A stretch of 54,920 nucleotides of DNA from a virus. Lineage: Duplodnaviria; Caudoviricetes. Positions 16,800 through 26,601 of this stretch are shown here, in pieces. The translations under genes and the position numbers were made by a program. The DNA lies in the IMG/VR virus record IMGVR_UViG_3300025410_000024, positions 1-54,920 of that record, one strand, 5' to 3'. How positions within the stretch are numbered: the first letter of the stretch is position 1; the number at the start of each line of letters is the position of its first letter. Below the pieces are notes generated by a model. That model was not told where the DNA came from. It saw nothing but the letters and a program-made list of their open reading frames with translations, and made no database searches.

Positions 16800-17192
16800 A
16801 TGGCAGATCCACAAGTACAAATTGGCTCAGTATCTAACATATATTCAAGACAAACTTTGTTTGTAAATGCAGGGGACAGTGAAACTCAAACATACACATT
16901 TGATAATCTAACCTTGTTGGCCACAGGACAGGTATCTGTGACTGTAAACGGTACTACCACAAATTTTACAGCACCTCATATGATTTATATACAGGCCAAT
17001 AAAACTCATCAGATCACTGCATTGGTAGATAATACATTGGCTTTTTCTGTTCACGTGCTTAGAGATTACACTGACGCAGTTTTAGATCCTTCAATGATTC
17101 CTCAAGGAATTAGCCCACTGGTGTTAAGTCAACCTATACTGTCGCAATTGCCAAATATAAGTTGGTTTGTTAATCCACCACCATCTGTGTGA
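16800..17192 (+). CDS. cupin-fold protein, apparently lacking metal ligands
   Basis: AGD...FDNLTLLATGQVSV...FTAPHMIYIQANKTHQI. Confidence 0.6.
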   Translation: MADPQVQIGSVSNIYSRQTLFVNAGDSETQTYTFDNLTLLATGQVSVTVNGTTTNFTAPHMIYIQANKTHQITALVDNTLAFSVHVLRDYTDAVLDPSMIPQGISPLVLSQPILSQLPNISWFVNPPPSV

Positions 17193-17697
17193 ATTTGATT
17201 TTTTCAAACAGGTCTGTTAGTGTCTGGAGTGCCTGGTTGTAGTCTTTGCTGACCTTGACTGCTATTCCTTTGGCTCGGGTCCATTCTTCACAGTTGCTAG
17301 TACGGTCATCTACTAGTATATCTCCTTGATCACAGTGTACGTGTTTATCGTCTGAATAAGGGCCAAAGCGTACACGAATATCTGGGTAATAGTCGTGAAT
17401 CCACAGTATTTTATCGTGGAAAACATCAGGCATATCGTTGTTACGCGGGATAGCAGTTAATATATACAATTTCCAATTTAGTTCATCACGGAATCGTCGA
17501 GCTAGATCTATCATAGCATCTGCCTGAGGCATCTTGGGCAGGTTCCTATAAAAATTAGGATGGCTCTTTAACTTACTCCAACTAGCATTGTCCCAACGTT
17601 CTTGTTGCGGATGTGTTTTTTCTTTTTTTATTATTTCGCGGGCGCGAGTATCAAAGTCAGCTACTACGCCGTCCATATCTATATAAATTGTTGGCAT
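17170..17697 (-). CDS. HAD-family 5'(3')-deoxyribonucleotidase
   Basis: IYIDMDGVVADF, ILTA, ILVDD; start corrected to MPTIY. Confidence 0.85.
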   Translation of the reverse strand: MPTIYIDMDGVVADFDTRAREIIKKEKTHPQQERWDNASWSKLKSHPNFYRNLPKMPQADAMIDLARRFRDELNWKLYILTAIPRNNDMPDVFHDKILWIHDYYPDIRVRFGPYSDDKHVHCDQGDILVDDRTSNCEEWTRAKGIAVKVSKDYNQALQTLTDLFEKIKFTQMVVD

Positions 17698-17704
17698 TGA
17701 ATTC

Positions 17705-18397
17705 CTATATACTAAGTTCTTGATCGTGTAATTTATCAATTAGTGTTAGAATACCAGCTAGTGTGTCATCATTGCGAAGGCTTTTATAAACTAAATTCGG
17801 AATACTAAATTCTCCTGCTTTTGTACTGTGCAATCCTTGCTTCCTGTACATACGCAGTATTTTTACAGCCTTGCGACAAATTATTAAATTTCCTGTTTTA
17901 ATGGCCTGTGCCAGAATCTTTTTCCAAACACTGACCATATGCTCTAGTTCTTTTTGATCGTACTCGGGAATAGCCGAACTGGGTTTTTTAATCCAACGTT
18001 CTTGTAATATGCTGTAGGTACTACTTACAGCAGGTTCATTAGAATTTTCAATATACAATTCTACAGGAATACCGTGCACAGATATATTGTAGTCTTTTTT
18101 ATACAGTAATCTTTTAGTATCAAACAATTCATCAACTTCTCTATCACATTGAACAGAACCGTAATCTGCTATGATATGCAGATCAAGATCACTTTTATTT
18201 GTGTAGGTATAGTTAGCGTTCCCGCCACTTACTACAATATCAACAACCTGTACAGGAACATCAACAAACGTTATAAAATCTTCGGCAATGCGTAATAAAG
18301 CTCCGCGCACAGAACTTTTCAATCTTTCTCCGTCCCAGAGCTCGGGGTTAAGTACTTTATTATGGCCAATGGGTTTTTCGAATTCACGTATTTGCAT
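17705..18397 (-). CDS. pol-beta-superfamily nucleotidyltransferase-like protein
   Basis: SGGNANY...SDLDLH...VELY; late promoter 18405-18410. Confidence 0.7.
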   Translation of the reverse strand: MQIREFEKPIGHNKVLNPELWDGERLKSSVRGALLRIAEDFITFVDVPVQVVDIVVSGGNANYTYTNKSDLDLHIIADYGSVQCDREVDELFDTKRLLYKKDYNISVHGIPVELYIENSNEPAVSSTYSILQERWIKKPSSAIPEYDQKELEHMVSVWKKILAQAIKTGNLIICRKAVKILRMYRKQGLHSTKAGEFSIPNLVYKSLRNDDTLAGILTLIDKLHDQELSI

Positions 18398-18428
18398 GAT
18401 CAAATATTTATCGGATTAAATATGTTAT

Positions 18429-18989
18429 ATGAACAAGAAAAAGTACACAGGACATCTATTAGTTTCAAATCCTCTTAACCCTAGAGATGAATTAGAACAA
18501 AGCGTGATTTTAATAGTTACGCATACTGATCAACTAGGAATAGGATTACAAATAAATAACCCTCAAGAAGATCTAGATCTTGGAAAAATAAGCACAGGTA
18601 TGGGGCTTCCATTTTATTCAAAAGATCCTGTATATTACGGTGGTAATATGAATCAAAATAAAATTCACGTTATACACAGTCTAGATTGGCGCAGTCTTAG
18701 TACTGTACAGTTAACCAAAGATATTGGAATTACCAACGATATATCTATATTGAGTGCAATTAGTCAAGGTGAAGGCCCTGAGTTTTACAAAGCCTGTTCA
18801 GGATATTGGTTATGGGAAGAAGGTCGATTAGACATTCAACTAGATCCTAGAAATCATCTAGAGCACGAGCCACATAAATGGGAAATTGCTCCAGCGAATA
18901 TAAACAATGTATTCAAAATACATCCAGATGAACTTTGGGAAAGAAGCATTGAAGCTTCTGCCCGTTATCATACCAGCACCTGGCTTTAA
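18429..18989 (+). CDS. YqgE/AlgH (DUF179) family protein
   Basis: GHLLVS...SVILIVTH...GLQINNP...YYGG...GYWLW..G.L. Confidence 0.8.
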   Translation: MNKKKYTGHLLVSNPLNPRDELEQSVILIVTHTDQLGIGLQINNPQEDLDLGKISTGMGLPFYSKDPVYYGGNMNQNKIHVIHSLDWRSLSTVQLTKDIGITNDISILSAISQGEGPEFYKACSGYWLWEEGRLDIQLDPRNHLEHEPHKWEIAPANINNVFKIHPDELWERSIEASARYHTSTWL

Positions 18990-20449
18990 TCTTTTTCTGG
19001 ATTAATCTTTGTCAGCAAACTACGGATCAATGGAGCCGATCCTGAAGATTTACTTGCAATCTTGTTCACACTTACTCCCTGAGTTGGATCTACAATAACT
19101 CCATCATCATCTACAGATTCTGTGGTAGTTGATACTACGCTTGTTCTTTTAAATCCAGCATATGTATTACTGGTAGGAGTTGTTCTTCCGCCACCTTGAC
19201 TAAAACTAGTGCTATCTTCTCCATCTTCAGGATCTGTAATACGTAGTGTATCTACATTAAAATCTAATTCTACTTTTTGTCCAACACCACTACTAGAACG
19301 TGTTTTCATAAACTGAATTTGATAACGTCCACGTTCTTTCATGGCCCTGCTAGTAAAGATACCAATTACATTATCAGCAGTCATAATCTTCGATAACCCA
19401 CCCGAAATATGACTGTGATCAAATTCAATTTCTTCAACAGCACTACGATTCAATTGACTGGCCGTAACTGTAATACATTGTGTTTCCATAGCCAAATTAC
19501 GAATCTCTTCTGATACATATTTGTCTTTTACAAACAGATCACTAGGACTAACCTTCACACTTAAAGGCATCATCAAATCGAGGTAATCTATTAACAAAAC
19601 GTCTGGTTTTACGCCTTTTTTGACCTGATATTCCTTCAAATAGGCTCGAATATCGTTACAATTTTTACCTGAAGGCATATACTTCACTTGTAGATTTCCT
19701 GACTTTTTTCCAATCATTTTAACCTTAAGTTCTACATCCTCAATATTCTTAAAAATCTCACGAGTACCTATACCTGTGGTCATACTATCAAGACGCATAC
19801 TAACTAAACCCTCGCTCAACTCAAATGTTAGATATAATACGTTTAATCCTTGTAATGCCCAGTTAACTCCTAGATTAGCCAAGAACAAACTCTTACCACC
19901 ACCTGAGCCTGCACAAAAGATATTCAATTCTCCACGGTTAAATCCACCATACAGTTTCTTATCAATGCTAGGCCATCCTGTGCTAATTTGTCCATTTCCA
20001 TCTTTGAGCTTAGTAAGCCTTGCCTTAGGGTCTTCAAAATAATCTGTACCCATATCTTTGTTCAAACTAATTTGAATAGCATCTTTGATTAGTTTCTCTA
20101 CAGGGCCATAATCTCCTGATTCTAATAAATCACTGCTTTTAATAATTGCACGTTCGAGTCCTTTGTGTCTACTAAAATTTTCAAACTCATCCATTAACCA
20201 AGTATAGTTTTCTTTTGGTAATGATACTGTATTAAAGTTACTATGTACTGATGCATTAACGATTGCAGGCTCTGGCATCACTTTATATTCGTCAACATAT
20301 TTTGTAATGAACTCTGCAGAGTCTTGTAATTTTTGATCAAAGTTTAATGGATCAAAAATATTTTGACATCTTATAAATGTTTCTGCATCACTGAGAAACA
20401 TTTCAAGATATAATTTCTGCATATCATAATCATAATTTGGTTTATTCAT
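18986..20449 (-). CDS. DnaB-like replicative helicase (T4 gp41-like)
   Basis: AGSGGGKS, LLIDYLDL, TASQLNR, KTRSS. Confidence 0.95.
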   Translation of the reverse strand: MNKPNYDYDMQKLYLEMFLSDAETFIRCQNIFDPLNFDQKLQDSAEFITKYVDEYKVMPEPAIVNASVHSNFNTVSLPKENYTWLMDEFENFSRHKGLERAIIKSSDLLESGDYGPVEKLIKDAIQISLNKDMGTDYFEDPKARLTKLKDGNGQISTGWPSIDKKLYGGFNRGELNIFCAGSGGGKSLFLANLGVNWALQGLNVLYLTFELSEGLVSMRLDSMTTGIGTREIFKNIEDVELKVKMIGKKSGNLQVKYMPSGKNCNDIRAYLKEYQVKKGVKPDVLLIDYLDLMMPLSVKVSPSDLFVKDKYVSEEIRNLAMETQCITVTASQLNRSAVEEIEFDHSHISGGLSKIMTADNVIGIFTSRAMKERGRYQIQFMKTRSSSGVGQKVELDFNVDTLRITDPEDGEDSTSFSQGGGRTTPTSNTYAGFKRTSVVSTTTESVDDDGVIVDPTQGVSVNKIASKSSGSAPLIRSLLTKINPEKD

Positions 20450-21449
20450 TGCTCATTCCTTCTAATTTTTTCTTGAGTAGATTTATTTTTATCTCTCCCG
20501 ATACCTTGTAATGCAGAATTGTGGTTAATACATATAGGCGCCCATATTTTTTCATTGCATCAGAAACATCTTTAACATCATCGCCCCAAGGTGGTAAACT
20601 AGCCGACCAATTATTAGCAATCGCGGCTTTGAGTAATTTAGCTCCGGGTTTGTCTCTATCTGGTACTACAATAACTTCTCTACCTAATGCGTTCAATCTT
20701 GTAATCTGAGTTTCATTTGGTTCATTATGCATAATTGCACATCCGTCTACTGCTATTGCGTCAAACTGCCCTTCAACTACAATAACATATTTTCTATCAA
20801 CAGTTTGACGATCAATATTGAATACATATCCAGGTTGTGCATCTGTAAGATACTTTGGTTTACCATCTGTGATTTTTCGACCAGTGTATCCAACTATTTT
20901 ACCTTCGTTGTAAAAAGGAATCAATATTCTATCTATATATCCTGGAGAAGGACTCCAAAAGAAATTATCCTTTATAGGATCAAATCCTCTATCTAATATA
21001 TATTGATATATGTCAACTAGTTTAGATGCATACTCTTCTGGTAAATCCGAATTAGCCCATTCTGTTAAAGTTAATGTACCGTCTGGCAATGCTACTTCTT
21101 TAAGTTCAAACGTTAATGTTTTTTTGACAACAGGTTGATCATCTTTGATCTTTAGTGCTACTAAATTTAATTTACCAATGTCGGATTCATTAACTCCGAT
21201 CCATTTGAATAAATTTTTGGTATTTTTACTTAATAATTTTCCTGGACTCCACCCTGCCTTGAATCCACAATTAAAACAATGATATTGGAAACTACCATCG
21301 TGCCCTGTTAATACTCCACCGCGCTTTCGAGTATCTTTTGCCTCTCCATTATTATGACAACAGACTGCATCGAAGCTAATCCATCCGCTAGGAGTTGCTT
21401 TTCGTTTCGCCGGCAGTAACACCATTAGAGTTGTCTGTATCTCGTTCAT
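20442..21449 (-). CDS. DNA primase (T4 gp61-like)
   Basis: Zn finger (CC...HCFNC); TOPRIM VEGQFDA, PDRD, KD. Confidence 0.93.
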   Translation of the reverse strand: MNEIQTTLMVLLPAKRKATPSGWISFDAVCCHNNGEAKDTRKRGGVLTGHDGSFQYHCFNCGFKAGWSPGKLLSKNTKNLFKWIGVNESDIGKLNLVALKIKDDQPVVKKTLTFELKEVALPDGTLTLTEWANSDLPEEYASKLVDIYQYILDRGFDPIKDNFFWSPSPGYIDRILIPFYNEGKIVGYTGRKITDGKPKYLTDAQPGYVFNIDRQTVDRKYVIVVEGQFDAIAVDGCAIMHNEPNETQITRLNALGREVIVVPDRDKPGAKLLKAAIANNWSASLPPWGDDVKDVSDAMKKYGRLYVLTTILHYKVSGEIKINLLKKKLEGMSNE

Positions 21450-22266
21450 TCTTTATTATAGCATAATCTGCACGTCTTGTCAATGTACTTGGATCCACAG
21501 CAACATAGTTTTTGCCTTGCAGGTCTTCAACATCATATTCAAAATATGGATAGAACATATAATTTTCAATTCTACAAGTAGGTGGATTATTAAAAATATT
21601 ATGTACATTCCACCCCCAAGCAGGAATACCTCCCCACTTCTTATCGAATATATCTTGTCCGTGTTCTAGATAATGCTGTCTAGGTCCTGGCCCTAAAAAC
21701 GGTCTTCTTGCAACTGCTACAGTTGGATTCCAAACTCTCCAATGATGAAAATCATTGATTGAACTTTTATCTCTGTTATATAACCAAGCTCGCAGTAAGA
21801 AGTCACCTTCGTAGTTACCTAAGGTACACATCCTTTCATCGTATAATCCTATTTTACGAATTGCTTCTGGTAATACACTGATAAAACAATCACCCCAGCT
21901 ACATTGATACAATGTATATTTTTTATGTATGTCATCTAAAAGATGTTTCCAATCTTTTTCCCAAAGACAGTCATCTTGCACTAATATAATTTGATCACAT
22001 AAGGGATTTAATAGATTTCCAAAACCAAGAACTAGTGCTTGATTCCAATCTCTTGCAGGAGTACCACAACCCCAGTTTGCTCTTAACGTTTGATGATGTA
22101 CCTTAACTCGATCTTTGAATTCATCATTTAAACTAAAAATTCTTGAATGATTATTGATGACATTGACTTCGATTTCTCTAGGGTCAACATAACTATCAAA
22201 AAGACTTTTTAGATTATTATTAAGATCGTCAGGTTTAGCATAAGTTAAAATGAAGATTTTTATCAT
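21388..22266 (-). CDS. GT-A (family 2-like) glycosyltransferase
   Basis: IFILTY...VINN...WNQAL...ILVQDD...IGLYDE...EGDFLLR. Confidence 0.75.
   Translation of the reverse strand: MIKIFILTYAKPDDLNNNLKSLFDSYVDPREIEVNVINNHSRIFSLNDEFKDRVKVHHQTLRANWGCGTPARDWNQALVLGFGNLLNPLCDQIILVQDDCLWEKDWKHLLDDIHKKYTLYQCSWGDCFISVLPEAIRKIGLYDERMCTLGNYEGDFLLRAWLYNRDKSSINDFHHWRVWNPTVAVARRPFLGPGPRQHYLEHGQDIFDKKWGGIPAWGWNVHNIFNNPPTCRIENYMFYPYFEYDVEDLQGKNYVAVDPSTLTRRADYAIIKNERDTDNSNGVTAGETKSNS
21455..21483 (-). promoter_or_regulatory. sigma70 promoter for primase, inside the upstream gene
   Basis: Minus strand TTGACA-N17-TATAAT, 5 nt before the ATG. Confidence 0.8.
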
Positions 22267-22275
22267 TCATATATT

Positions 22276-23394
22276 TTAACTTCTATACAATACTTTGTCA
22301 AATGATCCGTAGTACGTTGGATCGTCATTGTTGCCAGATGCAGGAGCAGTTCCTGGAATATACATTACTCGAATGTAGGTAAACAAGCCATTGAAATTTA
22401 TATAATCAATACCATTGAACCTGTTATAATTTAAAGTTGCTACGGTTGCATACTTTCCAAAGTCTGATGCATTATTTGATAAAGTTGCTTGAATGTATAC
22501 AGTTCCAATATAGTTGGTCATATACATTGCTAATGTATGTAATGCTGTGTTACTTTTAAATTCTGGATAAGCATAAAACGGACCACTTTTATGTTCGTAC
22601 AAATATGTATCTTGATTATAACTTTTTAAGAAGCTAACTATTTCTTGACTAGGTTTTAATCGAGGATATACTTCTTCAGTAAGATGCACGGTTCCTGAAA
22701 TTCCGTAATATGTATTTGCATAAGCAGGCAAATATGTATTATCATTTGGATCTTGATATACTACACTATATGTATATTCTCCGCGCTCGAGATTAACAGT
22801 ATCACTTTCTGTGAATGTAAGTTCACCTAATCCTTTTAATCCTATTGTGTTGATTACAACTCCTGTACTTGTAGATACAGGTTTTAATGTATAATTGTTC
22901 AAAGTAACAATATTAGTGATGGGTGAAAAAACAGTAGATGTTGTTATTGAAGATGTAGTAACTGTGGTAACAATTGTAGCAATTGATCCTGTACCTATAC
23001 TTAAGATAGTGGAGTTGGCAGCAATACCATATCCAAAGACCGCTTGGCCTACTGATATATTAGAAACATCGTCGAACGTTAGCACCTGGCTAATACTACC
23101 TTGATTAGCATTAACATTTAAGTATATAGAATCATCTAATACTGTAAGTTCTTTTTGTAACACTAACTCTTGACTTGTATTATCAAACATATTGAATACA
23201 AAAGTTTGTGTATTGCTAATTGGTAATAATTTTTGATCACTGTTTTTAAACTGGATCCTTATCTTGTTTTTAATACCTTTTTGTATTTTTAAATCTCGTT
23301 GGTACATAACTCGGTTAATCCCTAAAACAGTTTCGTCCAAATCTAATATCACGTCGAGTGTATTTGGATATAAATAGATTGGTAAATTTTGCAT
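22276..23394 (-). CDS. putative virion structural protein
   Basis: Beta-rich with Thr-rich insert; late promoter 23400-23405. Confidence 0.6.
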   Translation of the reverse strand: MQNLPIYLYPNTLDVILDLDETVLGINRVMYQRDLKIQKGIKNKIRIQFKNSDQKLLPISNTQTFVFNMFDNTSQELVLQKELTVLDDSIYLNVNANQGSISQVLTFDDVSNISVGQAVFGYGIAANSTILSIGTGSIATIVTTVTTSSITTSTVFSPITNIVTLNNYTLKPVSTSTGVVINTIGLKGLGELTFTESDTVNLERGEYTYSVVYQDPNDNTYLPAYANTYYGISGTVHLTEEVYPRLKPSQEIVSFLKSYNQDTYLYEHKSGPFYAYPEFKSNTALHTLAMYMTNYIGTVYIQATLSNNASDFGKYATVATLNYNRFNGIDYINFNGLFTYIRVMYIPGTAPASGNNDDPTYYGSFDKVLYRS

Positions 23395-23414
23395 TATAAT
23401 ATTTATCTATAAAG

Positions 23415-23798
23415 ATGTCCGTTAACAGTAGTTTTCAAAATAATTATCCGTTTGTTTCGTGTATTAAATCCAACGACATTGAGTATGTTGGAATTATCAT
23501 TAATTTTGACAACTACATAGCAAGTATATACGATATTTCTGTTATTAAAACAGACGACGAAAAACGTGTATTCTTAGAACTAGGTGAGATATGGTGGTGG
23601 GAATCAAATCGTAAAATACCAATAAACATATTTCTTAAAAAAGAAATGCAGTTTTTTAGATATTCTATAAAAACATTCAACAGCAAAGATGTTGAGCTTA
23701 TTTTTGGACCAAGTGTTAATTTAAGCGAAATAGCTGAAAAACGCATAAAACGCAAATCAATTCAGTTGGTCAGAACTCCTAAGAATCCTCGTAGCTGA
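23415..23798 (+). CDS. hypothetical protein (WWWESNR)
   Basis: ORF fills the gap; TATAAATA upstream near 23369. Confidence 0.75.
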   Translation: MSVNSSFQNNYPFVSCIKSNDIEYVGIIINFDNYIASIYDISVIKTDDEKRVFLELGEIWWWESNRKIPINIFLKKEMQFFRYSIKTFNSKDVELIFGPSVNLSEIAEKRIKRKSIQLVRTPKNPRS

Positions 23799-24348
23799 TA
23801 CCTTCGCAGATAAGATTCATCTGAACCACAATTGCCATCGCATATGCAATTGCGTGAGCTTTCTTAAAGTAATAATCTTCGTTGTCTGGTTTTATCCAAA
23901 CTTCGTTTATTACCGTACTCCAATCTTTTCCAATTAAGGAACGTTTTGCAGGACGTATCATTGCTAATACCGCCGCAAGTTGTTCCACAGTTCGTGGCTT
24001 CATTTCTCGTAAAATTGATCCGTAACCATTTACGTGAAACAACAAATTTGTAAAGTCATCTTGTTCTAATAAGTCCCATAGTGGTTCTTGCGACATCAAT
24101 TGTAATAAATGTTCTTCGTTTTTAATACCTTGATAGATGGTAACGTTAAGAAAATCTATCTTGAAGTATCCTCTATCTTCAGCAGATTTATAATCAATAC
24201 TTGCTAATCCTGTTAATGGATTAACTGGAATTTTGTGGCAGTAAGCACCTGTATTATGTTTTTTGATTCCGTCAATGGTTGCAGGAACGTGTTCAATTAC
24301 ATTAAGTAATTTGTTTCTGTCAGCAAAATCAATATCAATATCCGGCAT
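23779..24348 (-). CDS. miniature DnaE (family C polymerase) catalytic-core-like protein
   Basis: PDIDIDF, KIDFL, AMIRP, YFKKAHAIAYA in 189 aa. Confidence 0.85.
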   Translation of the reverse strand: MPDIDIDFADRNKLLNVIEHVPATIDGIKKHNTGAYCHKIPVNPLTGLASIDYKSAEDRGYFKIDFLNVTIYQGIKNEEHLLQLMSQEPLWDLLEQDDFTNLLFHVNGYGSILREMKPRTVEQLAAVLAMIRPAKRSLIGKDWSTVINEVWIKPDNEDYYFKKAHAIAYAMAIVVQMNLICEGISYEDS

Positions 24349-25108
24349 TTTTTATTTCGTTGTATGTTGGTGCATAATTACCGCGATGCTGAACTGTGAT
24401 GCCTGCGGCTATGTTAGCAAATATTATAGCTTTTTCTATATCTTTTGTATATAGGTATTGGACAGTTAAGGCAGCTAAAAATGTATCTCCTGCTCCGCAT
24501 ACATCAGTGACTTCGACTTTTTTGGTTGAATAAAGTGTGCCATTATACATTGCACCATCTCCACCTTTTGTAACAATTAACCTATTAGGCAAACTGGTAG
24601 CAGTACGATATTCTAAATCATTAATTTTAACGTAGGCGTTGTCAAATCTTTTAAGATCTGTTTTCTTTGTATCTATAAACACAGGACATTTAGAATTTTG
24701 AATAATATGTTTGATGTGTTCATAACTTAAAAAACCTTTGTTGTAATCTGAAATTATAATGGCGTTATAGGAATCAATAGGAAATGTAGTTTGCTCATTC
24801 CAAGATGCAATAGATGGTTCGTTATCTACTCTTAATAAATGTTGGCCTGATCGTTGATCTATATATCTAGTTTTTGTAATATTTTCAGTATTAGTAATAA
24901 AATTTGCATTAATATTTAAATTTATAAGATTAAGATTGACATTTGCGGCCATTCCTAACACATCATAACTGTTGACAATTTTAATAACAGGAACAGGAGC
25001 CTCTGGACTTAATCTATCCACAGTTCCTATTTTATATTCATCAGTACAACTATCCCCGATTAATAATACGTTGAATGATATCTGTTGTTGAATGTCCCGT
25101 ATGCTCAT
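24335..25108 (-). CDS. hldA: heptose-7-phosphate kinase (HldE/RfaE domain I)
   Basis: IGD...RLSPEAPVPV...GMAANV...SDYNKG...DVCGAGDTF. Confidence 0.88.
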   Translation of the reverse strand: MSIRDIQQQISFNVLLIGDSCTDEYKIGTVDRLSPEAPVPVIKIVNSYDVLGMAANVNLNLINLNINANFITNTENITKTRYIDQRSGQHLLRVDNEPSIASWNEQTTFPIDSYNAIIISDYNKGFLSYEHIKHIIQNSKCPVFIDTKKTDLKRFDNAYVKINDLEYRTATSLPNRLIVTKGGDGAMYNGTLYSTKKVEVTDVCGAGDTFLAALTVQYLYTKDIEKAIIFANIAAGITVQHRGNYAPTYNEIKNAGY

Positions 25109-25445
25109 AAAATTTTATCTCTTTACAATATTGTGAACCTATAATAGGCTTGTTTCTATAATCAGCACCTTTGACCATAATGTCTGGTTCATATGATTTT
25201 ATAAGGTCAATTAATTCTTCATCATTGCCAAAAAAATAAACTGTGTCTACAAATTTTAAACTTTCTAATATATAACTTCTATCATATTGATCATTGATTG
25301 GTCTATAGATTCCTTTAAGTTCTTTTACTCTACTATCAGTATCTATTGCTACCAACAAATGGTCCCCAAGACTTTTTGCATACTGCAACATCTGTAGGTG
25401 TCCTCTATGCAATAGATCAAATGTACCATTTACAAAAATTTTCAT
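25050..25445 (-). CDS. hldC: heptose-1-phosphate nucleotidyltransferase (HldE domain II)
   Basis: NGTFDLLHRGH...KG..RPI...VKGADY...STT. Confidence 0.85.
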   Translation of the reverse strand: MKIFVNGTFDLLHRGHLQMLQYAKSLGDHLLVAIDTDSRVKELKGIYRPINDQYDRSYILESLKFVDTVYFFGNDEELIDLIKSYEPDIMVKGADYRNKPIIGSQYCKEIKFYEHTGHSTTDIIQRIINRG

Positions 25446-26236
25446 TCGTAATATTTTTTTAATTCTGTTAAATCTGCACAGGTGTATTTTTGATATTGAT
25501 CTTTAATATTAACGGGCATCGGAACATATTCTATATCTGCTGGATATTTTTTAATTATTTCTTTGGCTACTTGTAAAAATGATTTAGGATCTCCTGTGCC
25601 AACATTCCAGATACTTGATTGATCAACATTTAAAAATTTCAAATGTACATCAACTACTGTACGAACAGGAACAAAATCTCTTAGATATAAATTGCTACCT
25701 TCAAATAATTTAATTTTTCCAGTTGTTTGAGCCTGATACTGAAATTTATAATATGGGCTTGCTTGGTCGCCTTTATGCTCTTCTCCTTCTGGTCCATACA
25801 CATTAAAATATCTAAATCCTTGAATATGTCTATTAATAGACTTTGCATATTCTTTGCGTGTTTGAACAAATCTTTCAAACATATATTTGCTCCACGCATA
25901 TGGACTTTTAGGATCTACAGGAGCATCTTCTCTGAAACTACTTGTTAACCCATAAACACTGGCACTACTTGAATATTGAAAATTTACACCATTACTTAAT
26001 GCACTATCTAATAAATTACAACTAAAATCATAATTTTGACGCATTACTTTATCAACATCTTTTTCTGTTGTACTACTAATTGCACCAATATGAATGACCC
26101 AATCGAGTCCAACTGTGGATAGATTATTGTCAGAATCTCCCCACTCGTATGTGGTTATATTATGTCCATCTGATTGTAAAGCTCTATATAGATGTCCTCC
26201 TATAAATCCTTTATGACCAGTTAACAAAATTTTCAT
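25442..26236 (-). CDS. hldD: ADP-L-glycero-D-manno-heptose 6-epimerase
   Basis: TGHKGFIG, GAISSTTE, SSASVYG, YAWSK, RYFNVYG, YQKYTCAD. Confidence 0.85.
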   Translation of the reverse strand: MKILLTGHKGFIGGHLYRALQSDGHNITTYEWGDSDNNLSTVGLDWVIHIGAISSTTEKDVDKVMRQNYDFSCNLLDSALSNGVNFQYSSSASVYGLTSSFREDAPVDPKSPYAWSKYMFERFVQTRKEYAKSINRHIQGFRYFNVYGPEGEEHKGDQASPYYKFQYQAQTTGKIKLFEGSNLYLRDFVPVRTVVDVHLKFLNVDQSSIWNVGTGDPKSFLQVAKEIIKKYPADIEYVPMPVNIKDQYQKYTCADLTELKKYYE

Positions 26237-26592
26237 TTTTGACTATCGCCTTTCATCACACGATAATTATCTTCAACACTGTCAGGAGTGCTAACTTCGA
26301 TAATTGTACCTTCTTCGATGCAAATTATTTGATGAGGTAATAATGGAGGATTATGCCATACATCGCCGGCATTTAAATCTTGTTCATACTGACTAGCGTT
26401 GGCAGTATTGATACAGATAACTTTAAATTTGCCCGAAAGTACATACCAACTCTCGTCTTTCTCTGAATGAAAATGCATACTGAATCTTGCACCTTCGTTG
26501 AACCGCAATAGTTTACCGCAGTATTTGTCATTGGTAGCCCAGATTAATTCTGATCCCCATCCTTTTTCTACATATCCTGATAACTTAGTCAT
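26233..26592 (-). CDS. cupin (mannose-6-phosphate isomerase-like)
   Basis: KGWG.E...SMHFH..KDESW...PH...EVST. Confidence 0.8.
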   Translation of the reverse strand: MTKLSGYVEKGWGSELIWATNDKYCGKLLRFNEGARFSMHFHSEKDESWYVLSGKFKVICINTANASQYEQDLNAGDVWHNPPLLPHQIICIEEGTIIEVSTPDSVEDNYRVMKGDSQK

Positions 26593-26601
26593 AATATCCT
26601 T

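Noticed and set aside
23779-24348. dnaE pseudogene
   Set aside because: Intact frame, all catalytic motifs kept, and no flanking remnants in other frames
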